DNA from: Octopus vulgaris
Lineage: Eukaryota
Length of the DNA: 64,000 bases
Assembly (NCBI GenBank): GCA_951406725.2
Contig: OX597832.1
Coordinates: forward strand, 39,432,001-39,496,000
Reading direction: 5' to 3'
In this document: positions 1 to 14,112 of the stretch, piece by piece
How positions within the stretch are numbered: position 1 is the first letter of the stretch
Layout of the letters: every line of letters begins with the position of its first letter
The notes under the pieces: generated by a model
Told to the model about the DNA's origin: nothing
What the model saw: only the letters and a program-made list of their open reading frames with translations
The model's database searches: none
Program-made: the position numbers and the translations under genes

Positions 1-72
1 ATTGTGTAGCCCAGTAGTTGAGTGTGTATCTCAGTGTCATCTGTCACAATAATGACATATAAATTAATTATA

Positions 73-386
73 AGCGCAGACGTGGTTGCGTGTTAAGAAG
101 TTTGGTTCCCGATTACATGGTTCTGAGTTCAGTCCACTGCGTGGCGCGTATTATAACCGCAGGCCAATTTAAGCCTTGTAAGTGATTTTGGTAGACGGAA
201 ACTAAAAGAAACTAGGTGTGGATGTGTGGTAAGAAGCTTGCTTCTCAACCACATGGTTCCCGGTTCAGTCCCACTTCGTGGCACCGTAGACAAATGCCTT
301 CAACTGTAGCTTCGGGCAGACCGAAGCATTGTGAGTGGATTTGGTAGACGGCAACAGAAAGACACCCGTCGTATATACGTGTGTGT

Positions 387-443
<57 letters not shown>

Positions 444-627
444 TCCTCCCACTATCACTTGACAACCGATGTTGGTGTGTTTAAGCCCCCGTAAATTGGC
501 GGTTCGGCAAAAGAGATCGATAGAATTAGTACTATGCTCACGAAGAATAAGTCTTGGGATCGATTTCTTCGACGAAAGGCATGGCCGTAGTCAAATGACT
601 GAAACAAGTAAAAGAATAAAAGAGTAT
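73..627 (+). mobile_element. SINE family A: truncated diverged copy (73-210) followed by a full copy (~214-627) with internal (TG)n
   Basis: tRNA-like head (TGTGTGGTAAG...GGTTCAGTCCC), body GGATTTGGTAGACGG, tail GCATGGCCGTAGTCAAATGACTGAAACAAGTAAAAGA. The same blocks recur more than 12 times in the window. Confidence 0.85.
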
Positions 628-682
628 ATACATATTTATATATGAATATATATATATATATACATACATACATATTTATATA

Positions 683-743
<61 letters not shown>

Positions 744-1276
744 TTATTTCGAACACAGAATAATTGGGTGTTATTATCTTTGCAAGACGGAAAACATTTT
801 TCAATAAACACCCACGGGACTCAAACTTGCGTCTCTCAGAGACCGGCTGAGTACTTTGCGATTATGTGTGTTTGTATATATGCGTGTGCGTGTAAGTATG
901 TATGTACCTATCTATTTATTTATCTATCTATCTATGTGTGTAGATTATAAGATATAATTTATGAGAGTATGATTTTAGTTAACCGAGTTGTGAAAGTAGA
1001 CAAAGCGGTTATATCACTTATTATTCACTCTGAGGACATAAAAGCGGTTTAGCGTTGAAGTTTATTATGTCTCGTCACAGAAACGGTAAGATCTTGTCCA
1101 CAGAGAGAATATTAGCTTATGGATAATATTAGATACAAAAACACGAACACAGCTACGTTCATCTGCTTATATTTTATAACTCGACAAGTGCGGTCAGATT
1201 GTATTCAAACAACCGCGCTAAATTATATAGTTACTACAATACACACTTGTAGTATTTGACTTGTATTTGGGGCTTT

Positions 1277-1410
1277 TAGCTGGCAGAGTCGTTAGCACGT
1301 CGGGTAAATTGCTTAGCGGCATTTCGTCCGTCTTTACGTCCTAAGTTTAAATTCCGTCTTAGTCCCTCCCCCAAATCTGTTGGCCTTTTGCCAAAAATTG
1401 AAAACCAATA
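1277..1410 (+). mobile_element. SINE family B, internally deleted copy
   Basis: AGCTGGCAGAGTCGTTAGCACG...GCTTAGCGGCATTTCGTC head matches the copies at 39.2 kb. Tail TGGCCTTTTGCCAAAAATTGAAAACCAAT. Confidence 0.7.
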
Positions 1411-1487
1411 TTATATATATATGTATCCATATATATAATATATACATGCATACATACGTACGTACACACACATATATACATATGTAG

Positions 1488-1527
<40 letters not shown>

Positions 1528-1556
1528 CATATATACATATATATATACAAATATAT

Positions 1557-1617
<61 letters not shown>

Positions 1618-2022
1618 AACGTATGATAATGAAAATTATGTCCATTTCAGAGTGAACAGAATCGCATTGAGATTGATTCCATTGTCCGTTCTTCTCCATT
1701 TTCCAGTTCCCCTCTGGGTAAAAAAAAAAAAACTCCTCTTTAGTTGGAGATTAAAAGATGTGTGAAGACGTTGCACAGATTGACTTCTGAAAATTCCAGT
1801 GTGGAACTACCGCAAGATCATATCTTGAAACGGTGCCAGGCTTATATGTCTGGCTTTCACGTAAATGTAAGTGCCACATGCTGTTTGGCCAAAAGTTGGT
1901 CCAAACAAGGCGAAGCTGTGATCAGTTTTCAATTGACGATAGAAGCCACTTTAATTCAATTAAATCACACAAGTAATGGAATTCATAATAGCATAATACT
2001 TACTTCAATATGTGTGTGCGTT

Positions 2023-2060
<38 letters not shown>

Positions 2061-2141
2061 TGTGTGTGTGTATGTATTATCTATGCATGCGTATATGTAT
2101 ACATATATATACATATATATATTCATACATATATACATATA

Positions 2142-2201
<60 letters not shown>

Positions 2202-2227
2202 TATATACATTTATATATCTATGCATA

Positions 2228-2266
<39 letters not shown>

Positions 2267-2402
2267 TTATATATATATATGTTATATATATTATATATAT
2301 ACATATATATGCATATATAATGTGTATGTGTATATATGTAAATGTAATGCACAAACATGTTTTTGCGTATGTAAGTATGTATGTATTTATACCCATACAT
2401 TT

Positions 2403-2403
<1 letters not shown>

Positions 2404-2496
<93 letters not shown>
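2404..2496. repeat. (GATA)n microsatellite
   Basis: Pure TAGA tandem run. Confidence 0.95.
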
Positions 2497-2497
<1 letters not shown>

Positions 2498-2596
2498 TGT
2501 TTCTTTATTAGCCACACAGGGCTGCACACAGACGGGACAGAATACAAAGCAGAGCTTTTCTTTTGGGAAGATGGAATTTACGAGAATTTATTATCA

Positions 2597-2680
2597 ATCA
2601 CGACAATTGTTTCAACACATCTGGCATTCAACAACTGGTTTAGGGGCATCCGACGGTGCAGATGTGCCTCATCGGGTGAT
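2597..2680 (-). ncRNA. Type I hammerhead-ribozyme-like motif (U4C core variant, long helix II loop)
   Basis: Minus strand reads AUCAC-CCGAUGA-GGCACAUCUG-(35 nt)-CAGAUGUGUU-GAAAC-AAUU-GUC-GUGAU. Helix I is 5 bp and can extend via GAAUUUAUU/AAUAAAUUC. Helix II is 10 bp including 2 G-U. Helix III is palindromic (ACAAUUGU). Confidence 0.7.
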
Positions 2681-2842
2681 AAATAAATTCAGCTCGTTAA
2701 AATAACTGTTCCGCAATGTAACTTCTCGTTTTTTTTAGAAAGAAAATCCAACCAGACGGAGGAAAATATCTTCATTTTATAAAGATCAAAAATAAAATTA
2801 CAGACGGCAAAAAGAGAAACGAACGCGCATATACATATATAA

Positions 2843-2878
<36 letters not shown>

Positions 2879-3030
2879 GTGACATAGGAACAAATTGGAG
2901 TATCGCAATAGAAGCAAAACTCGTCCCCGAGCAGATTAAATTCTACTATATTTTCGAAGAGCTTCCCACATCTGCAAATTGAATAGCTTATGTATCTACA
3001 CTTCCTTCTATCTGTCTATCTCTCTATCTA

Positions 3031-3085
<55 letters not shown>

Positions 3086-3091
3086 TATACG

Positions 3092-3206
<115 letters not shown>

Positions 3207-3314
3207 ATATACATATATACACATATATAGACATAAATATATATATATATATACATACATATATCTAGCTATCTATCTAATATATATATATATAATACAT
3301 ACATATATATATAC

Positions 3315-3399
<85 letters not shown>

Positions 3400-3488
3400 C
3401 ATATATATATACATACATATATATATATGCATATATATACATATATACACATATATACACATATATATATATACATACATATATATAT

Positions 3489-3532
<44 letters not shown>

Positions 3533-4295
3533 CACATATATATACACATATAAATGTATACAATATATATATAAAGCAATGAATAAATAAATTCATGGCG
3601 GTAAATTGACATCAATATTTCCTTTCTCCTTCCTCTCTTTCCTTCTTTCTTGGAGAGAATTTACAAGAGTCGCAAAAGATAGCCACGGCGTGTGAAATTA
3701 AATTTATAATTCAATTTGTGGCACTTGGATGTTGGGAAGTATTATAAATAGGAAGAGCATATTTGGTAATAAAAGATAATGATTGAAGCCAGCACAGAAC
3801 ACGGAAACAAGAGGGAAAATATTAACTAATTTAATATAAGTAACTAGATAAATATATACATGTATATATACTTACACACGTATATCTGTATATATTTGTG
3901 TGTGTGTGTGTGTGTGCGTACGTGTGTGTATGTGTGTGAGAGTGAGTGCGTGATTGTGTGTGTAAATTGAATTTTAGAATCTACCGCAGGACTGACCAGA
4001 GAGGAAGCAATATGATGGTGTATCAAACGAGGCTTTGAGCTTATTAAATGATGCGTTTCAATCGTATTTTTCTTTGCTCTTGCGAAAGTGGTCGGTGACG
4101 CAGCGACGTGGGTGTTCGTTCAGTTCTGCGACTAAGGTAAAAATTCTAGCAATTGTTATGATGGAAGTCTTAGAATAGCTAATACCTTCCTCAACAGCGG
4201 CCAGCCGTTAATGTGAATGTTAGTGAAAACTATCAGTCATTTCACATACGCAGAAACACATACACACTCACACGCAAACATAAACACATACTCAG

Positions 4296-4353
<58 letters not shown>

Positions 4354-4385
4354 ATTTATATATTAATATATATATATAGATATAG

Positions 4386-4449
<64 letters not shown>

Positions 4450-5081
4450 TATTGTACACTGTGTTTTCATATTTTAAATTCGTTTTGCCCGGGCGGCAGT
4501 TATTGCAAGAGGGTAAGCACTTCTGGATAATTCATAAATCATAGCAGGTTGAGATGTTAGAATTTTAAATCTTAGACTATACAAAACTTACATATTAAAT
4601 AATTTTTTTCGACTCATTACAAATTTACTCTTAAACATCATTTAGTCATAAGTAACCATTTCATCCTTTTTTGAAACAATCAGCATGACATAACCCCAGG
4701 CAAATATATTAAACGTTTTACAGAGAAATACAGTTAAAAAGACATTCAAGGAATGTGGTTTATTTTCTTTTTTCCTTTACTTCTTTTTCTTCGTAGATCT
4801 TGTAACATCATTTCTGTGTTATTTTTAATATTACTGTGTGCGAGTGCGTGAAAACGCAAGATGGTAATTGTCATCTACTGGTCGACCCAAGAATTATATT
4901 TGTGAACCCACATGTGTGTGTGTCTGTCTGTTTGTGTATATGTGTATGGGTGTGTTTGCGTACGTGTATGTGTATGTGTGCATACGTGTGTGTGTTTGTC
5001 TATACTCTTACTTTCCATATATGTGCACTGATATGAGTATGTGTAAATATATATAAATACATATATACATATATATATGAA

Positions 5082-5121
<40 letters not shown>

Positions 5122-5244
5122 ACCATACATACATATATACATACATATACTTGTTTTTGTAGAGAGATTAAAGAAAAAAGGGAAAGATGAAACAAATGCA
5201 GTTTATGCACGTGATCGTTGCTATTATTTCATAAGGATTACTAT

Positions 5245-5282
<38 letters not shown>

Positions 5283-5916
5283 GATGTCAATGTGCGAACC
5301 TATTATGTGTTTATATTTGCACATACATACATATATACATACATATGACTATGTATGAACAAATTTTCCAAAAGTTCTTTTGTCCGTCTATGAAAGAAAA
5401 CGTACGATGCAGAATTCTCTTCTTGTTTTCTCGCTAATTATGTTGGACTAAACATTTCTGACGCACGTCTTCTCCTCTGCCTACTCCCTTCATTTACGCA
5501 TGCGTTATGCTTCGTGCTTCTATTTTGTACATATATGCATAAACACATACACACACACATATAGGTACATACATGTATACACACATGCATTTATGTGAGT
5601 GTATACATATGTATAAATATGTGTGTATGTTTATATTATATACATGTACATATATATATGTAGTTATATACATATATATATTTATATGATTATATTTATT
5701 ATATATACATACATATTTATGTATACATGCATACATACATACATACAGACAGATAGACAGACAGACAGATAGACAGACAGACAGACACTACATTGTCTTT
5801 GTGATGGTCATAATTTTCTTTGTTCTTCTTGCCATTTTTTTCTACACGTTCTGAATTATTTCTGCTCAAATTTTGTTTGACAGCGAGAAGTAATGAATTT
5901 AGCATTGGCATATGGC

Positions 5917-5966
<50 letters not shown>

Positions 5967-6195
5967 AATTATAACAAAACCTCCCATCATTGGTCACAAG
6001 TGCACACACATATAATATTAACATATGTTGCAGGAATTTAATGTCACATAAATCGCGTTGAAGAACGTGTAGGTATGTAAGTGCGAAAGCGTGTGTATAC
6101 AATAGACATGGTTTGATGTAGAAAACGTAATACAATATATTAAGAGAGATTAAAACGTATTTACACAAGGTAAACACATATGCATGCACGTATAT

Positions 6196-6762
<567 letters not shown>

Positions 6763-7318
6763 AGAGTAATCCACCAGATAGCGAGGAGAGCAGCCACCCG
6801 TTCGGTAGAGTCAGAACGCACTCTAATACAGGCCACCTTCCAACATGAAGTGTCAGCAAAATGCCTCCCTTTTAACCTTGACCTTGAGTAATTTCTGTCA
6901 TAGCCCACCTGTGAAGAGGTCACGTAGGTGCCCTCATTATGTCGGACGTGATTACTCAACTGTCAATAAATACCTGATGTGACTTTATCATATCGTCCAC
7001 ATATCATCTTTTGTTGCCTGAAACCTACAACCAATTCTTCTTCAACCGTGACATTTCTTGATCCTGATTCTCTTGAATCGATCATTTCAGTACGATAGAG
7101 TTCCCTTGTAGAACAACATACGCCTGGTAGTCTGTTGGGAAGTTGTCTCTGTCTGAGACATTCTTATCTCCTTTGTTTGGGTTCGCTTTTTTTTCGCACA
7201 TCTTTCTTTCCTTATTAATTTTCCCCACCTCCTCTCTTCAAGAGTTTACCCCTTAAATATCACCACAACACGATGAAATGATACTACTAATCTTAACCTA
7301 TAACGAGTTCTATATGTG

Positions 7319-7507
<189 letters not shown>

Positions 7508-7510
7508 CAC

Positions 7511-7571
<61 letters not shown>

Positions 7572-7574
7572 CAC

Positions 7575-7622
<48 letters not shown>

Positions 7623-8032
7623 GAGCATTGAGCAAGCTACCTCCATCTTCATTGTCCAAACGAGCGTAATATGTATTTCATTTCACGACATTTTTCTAAG
7701 ACATCCATTAATAAGTTATCGCTGTAAAATCTAATTCTATTTCCGTTCGAAATTGTCTTGTGATTATTATCATTTCTGATGATGTCATTTCGATGTCATT
7801 GAAACACCTCTTTCCTTTTAATACCAATTCTTTTGTGAAGTTATCAAAGAGACAGATAATCGCCAACATAAAACAAATTGCATGCTTTTAAGTCTTAAAA
7901 TTTCCCCTCAAACTCTTCTGAATCAGTTCCATTTGCCATTTTAGACTCGTGCAATTTACCACCTCGATATAATTACTTAATGGAAATTTGTATAAAAGTG
8001 TACGAAAAAACGTGCTTTATGTGTGTTTATGT

Positions 8033-8086
<54 letters not shown>

Positions 8087-8696
8087 TTATAACACGCCGT
8101 TATCTCTCGGCACGAAGTTTTCATTGAAAATTATGTTTATACGTAAATGCATCTTGTACAGAAGCTTTGTGAAGGATATAGACATTTTATATTGGCTCGA
8201 TAAAGCATTCCAGTATAAAACTCTTCTTTTTAATAGTGAGGTCAATGAACACGTGAATATGAAGGAAGTTAGCGCTGTTGGTTAATGTTTGTCTATAATC
8301 ATATACGCACATACACACCGAATAAAAAACAGACGCCAAAATGTATACCCATTCACATACACATATAAATGAATGCTTCAGTCAATATTTTTTTCTTTTT
8401 TGAATGGATAGAAAATTTACAAAATTGGCTCAAATTTCGAAAGTTTTATACAGCGACACCAAACTGGTATGTGGTTGATAACTGTTATTATATGTTTCGT
8501 TTCTGGATTTGGTTTGCGAGATTATTTATGGGAGTTCGTGTGTTGAAGCATTTTCTGTTGTGTCTGGGGAGAGTCATTCTCTTTTTGTGTCTTATAATTT
8601 AACACACTCACCGGTAAAATATATTGTATGAAACTCTCGAACCTTGAGTAACTTTTGTAATTTGCTGGAGTTAAAATGCGTCGCGGCTATGTGGTT

Positions 8697-9155
8697 ACAT
8701 ACGTACGTACGAGCATCCCTGCAAACATACATGCATACATACATACATACATGCATACATGCATACTTGCATACATACATACATGCATACATGCATGCAT
8801 GCATGCATGCATACATACATACATACATACATACATACATAAATACATACATACATATATACATACACACACATACATACACACCACACATACATACATA
8901 TATACATACATACATACATTCATACATACATAAATACATACATACATACATACATACATACATACATACATACATACACACACACATACATACATACATA
9001 TATACGTACATACATACAAACATACATACATACACATACACATACATACATACATACATACATACATACATACATACATACATACATACATACACATACA
9101 CATACATACATACATACATACATACATACATACATACATACATACATACATACAT

Positions 9156-9190
<35 letters not shown>

Positions 9191-9366
9191 TACATACATA
9201 CACACATACATACATACATACTTACACAAATACATACATACATACACACATACATACATACATACTTACACAAATACATACATACATACATACATACATA
9301 CATACATACATACATACATACATACATACATACATACATACATACATACATACATACATACATACA
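8697..9366. repeat. Long compound (TACA)n/(CA)n microsatellite
   Basis: About 670 bp of TACA repeats with CA and TGCA interruptions. Confidence 0.95.
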
Positions 9367-9636
9367 TGGGTAATATCTTTAAAATTTTCTATTTTTGCAG
9401 CCATACACTTTCAAATAAAGATGTCAATATTCCATATATTAAGTTACAATCCAGAATCGCTTCAAATGAATGCAGAGAGAGGGAAACGAAGGATGGGATA
9501 AATGAAGATGCAACGGTGTCACAAACGTTGCTGTATTCTTCGTGTCTAAACCTCCACATCACTTGCTTGTTTACTTTAACTCACACGTTTTCTCAGTTAA
9601 TCATTTCTCAGAACCTCTTGCCTTATATAAATATAC

Positions 9637-9743
<107 letters not shown>

Positions 9744-10462
9744 AAATTCCCAACCATGTGACACCGGCCTCGATAATCTTTGGATGCCCCCAACCCCCAC
9801 GAAATTATCTTCAAATCGACTGCTCCTAAATTTTGATGCTCCCTCTTACATCTCCCATCCTTTCTCACCTCCTCTCTATCGTCCCTGAGCCGCTTGTGCT
9901 ATCGAAAACGTCAAACCGTAAGCAGTCTGAAGTATCCCATGAGCTAATCTAACATTTTTGTCTAGTCATACGCAAAACTTCCTAACTGCCTCCGCGTCCC
10001 GACTACATTCTGAAAACTAGTCAAGCAGTGTGTATTAGTGTGTTCAAAGTAGTTACAGCCGTCTTCTTCAATCTGGAATACGAAAAGTTGGAAGGTTTGC
10101 TTATTTGGATATATAATGGTGATAAACTAAAATTGCAATAATCTGGAATAGTTATAACTGCCTCTCCTAACTGGTATTTGAGTACTCTTTTTTTCCACCT
10201 TGATTCACATTTATGTGTTTACTCCGGTATATATATATGTATATATATATATATATATATCGATAGATTTTAAAGAAGAAGGCCGAAAGGGAAATAAGAA
10301 ATGGTTCTCACGTATCTTATTTTACTTTACTCGTTAATTATTTTACATAGTTTTAAAACTAAATCGTTACCTCTGTTCGTGTTGAGTTATAATCAGTTTA
10401 AAACTTCAGAACAAGAAAACGTCAATATCATATTTATGAGTGTATATGTGTAGCACTTATTT

Positions 10463-10503
<41 letters not shown>

Positions 10504-11352
10504 AGCAAATATATTTATATAAATTTACAGACACACACGTACACATATACACACACGCATACACACACGACGCACACGCACACACTCAAATTTATATATT
10601 TAGACATACACGCAGAGACAAATATATTCAATTTATCGTTTAAGATGTAATTATACGCGAGGCTCGCTCTTCTCAGAAGCAGCTATAAACCACTAAACTA
10701 TATCGATTCCAGTAAGTTCTTTTATAAAATACTCACACAAATTACTCTGGGAATCAAACAGATTTTCTTATAAACTAAATGAACAATTAAGATATTCCTG
10801 GAGGGGTTCTTTTATGATCGTTATAATTATCTTATTGCTGGGTTAGCAGAGTCGGTAAAGCGGCCAGCAAAATGCATTGCAATGCTTAGTTACCTCCCCC
10901 TTTTTTTTTTTTTTGCCTCGGTTCAAATTTCGCCTGAGAATATTTTTCTTTTCTTGCTTCCGTAATTGATAAAATTAACTAGTCGTAAAATATTGGATAC
11001 GATTTTAATCATCTGCACCCTCCACGCAAAATGCGTAACCTTGTTGTTTATGTAGAAAATCGTTAGTAAGTCGGAAGATACACACACAAACACACACACA
11101 CATTCAGAGTATTTGCAGCATTTGTCCCGGCTCTTCTCATTCTGAGATCAACTTTGATTTCATAACTTTGGAATCGACATAGTACATACCATCAAGTATT
11201 GCTGGCGATAGTACCGATGTACCTAGTGTATCTAGGAGTACAGAAACCAATGTATGCTCCACGTTGTTGTTTAGCTTGATTGAAAACTTTCAGTGACAAA
11301 AGTTGCATAAGATGGATCCAGCCAAGAATTAACAGCCATCAGTAGAACTTGA

Positions 11353-11563
11353 ACTCTTTTACTCTTTTACTTGTTTCAGTCATTTGACTGCGGCCATGCT
11401 GGAGCACCGCCTTTTAGTCCAGCAAATCGACCCCAGGACTTATTCTTTGTAAGCCTAGTACTTATTCTATCAGTCTCTTTTGACGAACCGCTAACTTACG
11501 GGGACGTAAATACACCAGCTTTAGTTGTCAAGCGATGTAGGGGAGACAAACACAGACACACAA

Positions 11564-11650
<87 letters not shown>

Positions 11651-11817
11651 ATCGACGGGCTTCTTTCAGTTTCCGTCCACCAAATCCACTCACAAAGCTT
11701 TGGTCGGCCCGAAGCTATAGTAGAAGGCATTTGCCCAAAATGCCACGCAGTGGGACTGAACCCAGAACCATGTGGTTGGTAAACAAGCTAAATACCACAC
11801 AGTCACTCCTACGCCTA
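11353..11817 (-). mobile_element. SINE family A, full length
   Basis: Reverse complement of family A from tail (ACTCTTTTACTTGTTTCAGTCATTTGACTGCGGCCATGC) to head (ACTCCTACGCC), with internal (CA)n(TA)n. Confidence 0.9.
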
Positions 11818-12089
11818 CATGATGAATCTTTTTATAAACAGCCTCTTCAATGGTACCATTGCATAAACAGCAAATCCCGGCACGAGGGCCATTATCCATT
11901 TTGAGGCATAGCGCATCCACAATCGTCGTAATCCAATCCACATTTACGAGATTGATGAGCAATAGAAATATTTTTAAATCAGGCGTTGTGTTCGATAATG
12001 ACTAAGAGAGATATATTTATGCTGGCATATACAGAAACCTTGAGTATGTGTGTGTTTCTGCATGTGTATATGTGTGCGTGTGTGTGCAC

Positions 12090-12129
<40 letters not shown>

Positions 12130-12168
12130 TACATACATACATACATCCATATATATATATATATATAT

Positions 12169-12213
<45 letters not shown>

Positions 12214-12220
12214 TATGTAC

Positions 12221-12263
<43 letters not shown>

Positions 12264-12741
12264 TATGTACGTGTGTATATATATATATATATATATCTTA
12301 GAATGCATTTGTTGTCTGTGGGCTTGTGTGAATGAGTATGTGCAACTAGATATCAACTTGTAGTTAGTAAGTGTGTGTGTGTGTGAGCACGCGTGTATTT
12401 TACTTGATTCAGTCACTCGACTGCAGCCATGCTGGAGCACTGCCTTAATGTATGTATATATTACAAAAAAGCATTTATATATAAATGTAGAAATGTAGAA
12501 ATATATAAAAGTAAACGTGTAAGTCTATGTATAGTTATATACATTTATGCATATATACGTTTATATACATATATAATGTATATATGAATTTATACACATA
12601 CATACACACGCATATAAGATGTATAAATAATATACATATATATAACATATTTATATAGTATATATACATATAATACAAGCGCGTGCACCACACACACATA
12701 CATACATGTGTATGTATGTATTATGTATGTATGTATGTATG

Positions 12742-12789
<48 letters not shown>

Positions 12790-12793
12790 CATA

Positions 12794-12857
<64 letters not shown>

Positions 12858-13245
12858 TATATATGCATATATATATATACATATATATATATATACATAT
12901 ATATACATTATATATATATATGTATGTATGTATATATATATTCCTGAAACCACTTTCTTGATGTATTGGATGTCAAAGAGCACCAAAATAACTCTCGTGA
13001 ATATTTGATATAACTTGCAACTAATTACTTTTTGTGGATACTAAAAAGAAAAATATTAATATGGATGTCGATGATGTTGATAACAAACGGGGATGGTAGG
13101 AGGAGGAGGAGGAGGAGGAGGTGGCTAGTGGTGATGGTGGTGGTGAGATAACAGCTGGGAAGAAATTGGTGTAGAACTTCCCACACAACAGAATATGTAT
13201 GCAAGCATTAATGGAAACATATAATGTGTGTTTGTGTGTGTTTGT

Positions 13246-13285
<40 letters not shown>

Positions 13286-13699
13286 ATGTGTGTGTGTGTG
13301 TGTGTGTGTGTGTATGATGGATAGTCTCGTGGTCTTCGACGTATGAGTCCGAGGAATTTTACTTTCTGTGTTTTTACAGACTTCAGTCTTTTTCTGTTTT
13401 AAAGACTTCAGTGAGACGCTAGATCTGCTTTATTTTTGCAAACCCGAACGCATCCTTCATACACAGAACAGTGGCCGTCCAAGAATTTGGACCTGGAGAT
13501 CTCCATTTCCAGTGACTTCAAGGCCCATCTCCCAGTGGTCTCCGGCGTCAACGAAGAGCCCTCGACTACAACAAGACGACCAAAGTTTTTTTTTTTCCAA
13601 GGTCTGGGGTCTCCCGCCCCTAAACCCTAGACCATCACCTAATCACCCTTACCCATCTTGTTGCTTAACAACAACAACAACAACAACAACAGAACACTG

Positions 13700-14050
13700 A
13701 AACAAAACTGTATTCTTTTAGATCACATAGATGCTCAGTTCTTGCTGTTGCCATTTTGTCAGATTTTTCCTTCACTTATTACAGTCAGCAGCACATTCCT
13801 CAAATTCTAATTCTTTTATTAATCTTCAGATTATCCTTCTCGCTAAGAAGAGGTCTTCCTACATTTCGTACTTCAACCTGAACTTCGCCATAAGTGAGAA
13901 TTCTGAGCCGTCTTTCATTTTCCTCCTAGTAACATGGCCAACCCATATTAATTGACAGCATCAAGACGGCCTCTACGCTTTGTACGCCACATTTATGAAG
14001 TAACTGTTCATTAGAGATTATGTCCTTCTCTGTGAAACCACACACATATG

Positions 14051-14112
<62 letters not shown>

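Noticed and set aside
1027-1093. CTGAGGA...GAAACGGTA
   Set aside because: Helix I is only 2 bp and helix II does not abut the core.
7776-7810. CTGATGA...GAAAC with a UUCG-capped stem
   Set aside because: No NUH triplet with a closing helix I after GAAAC.
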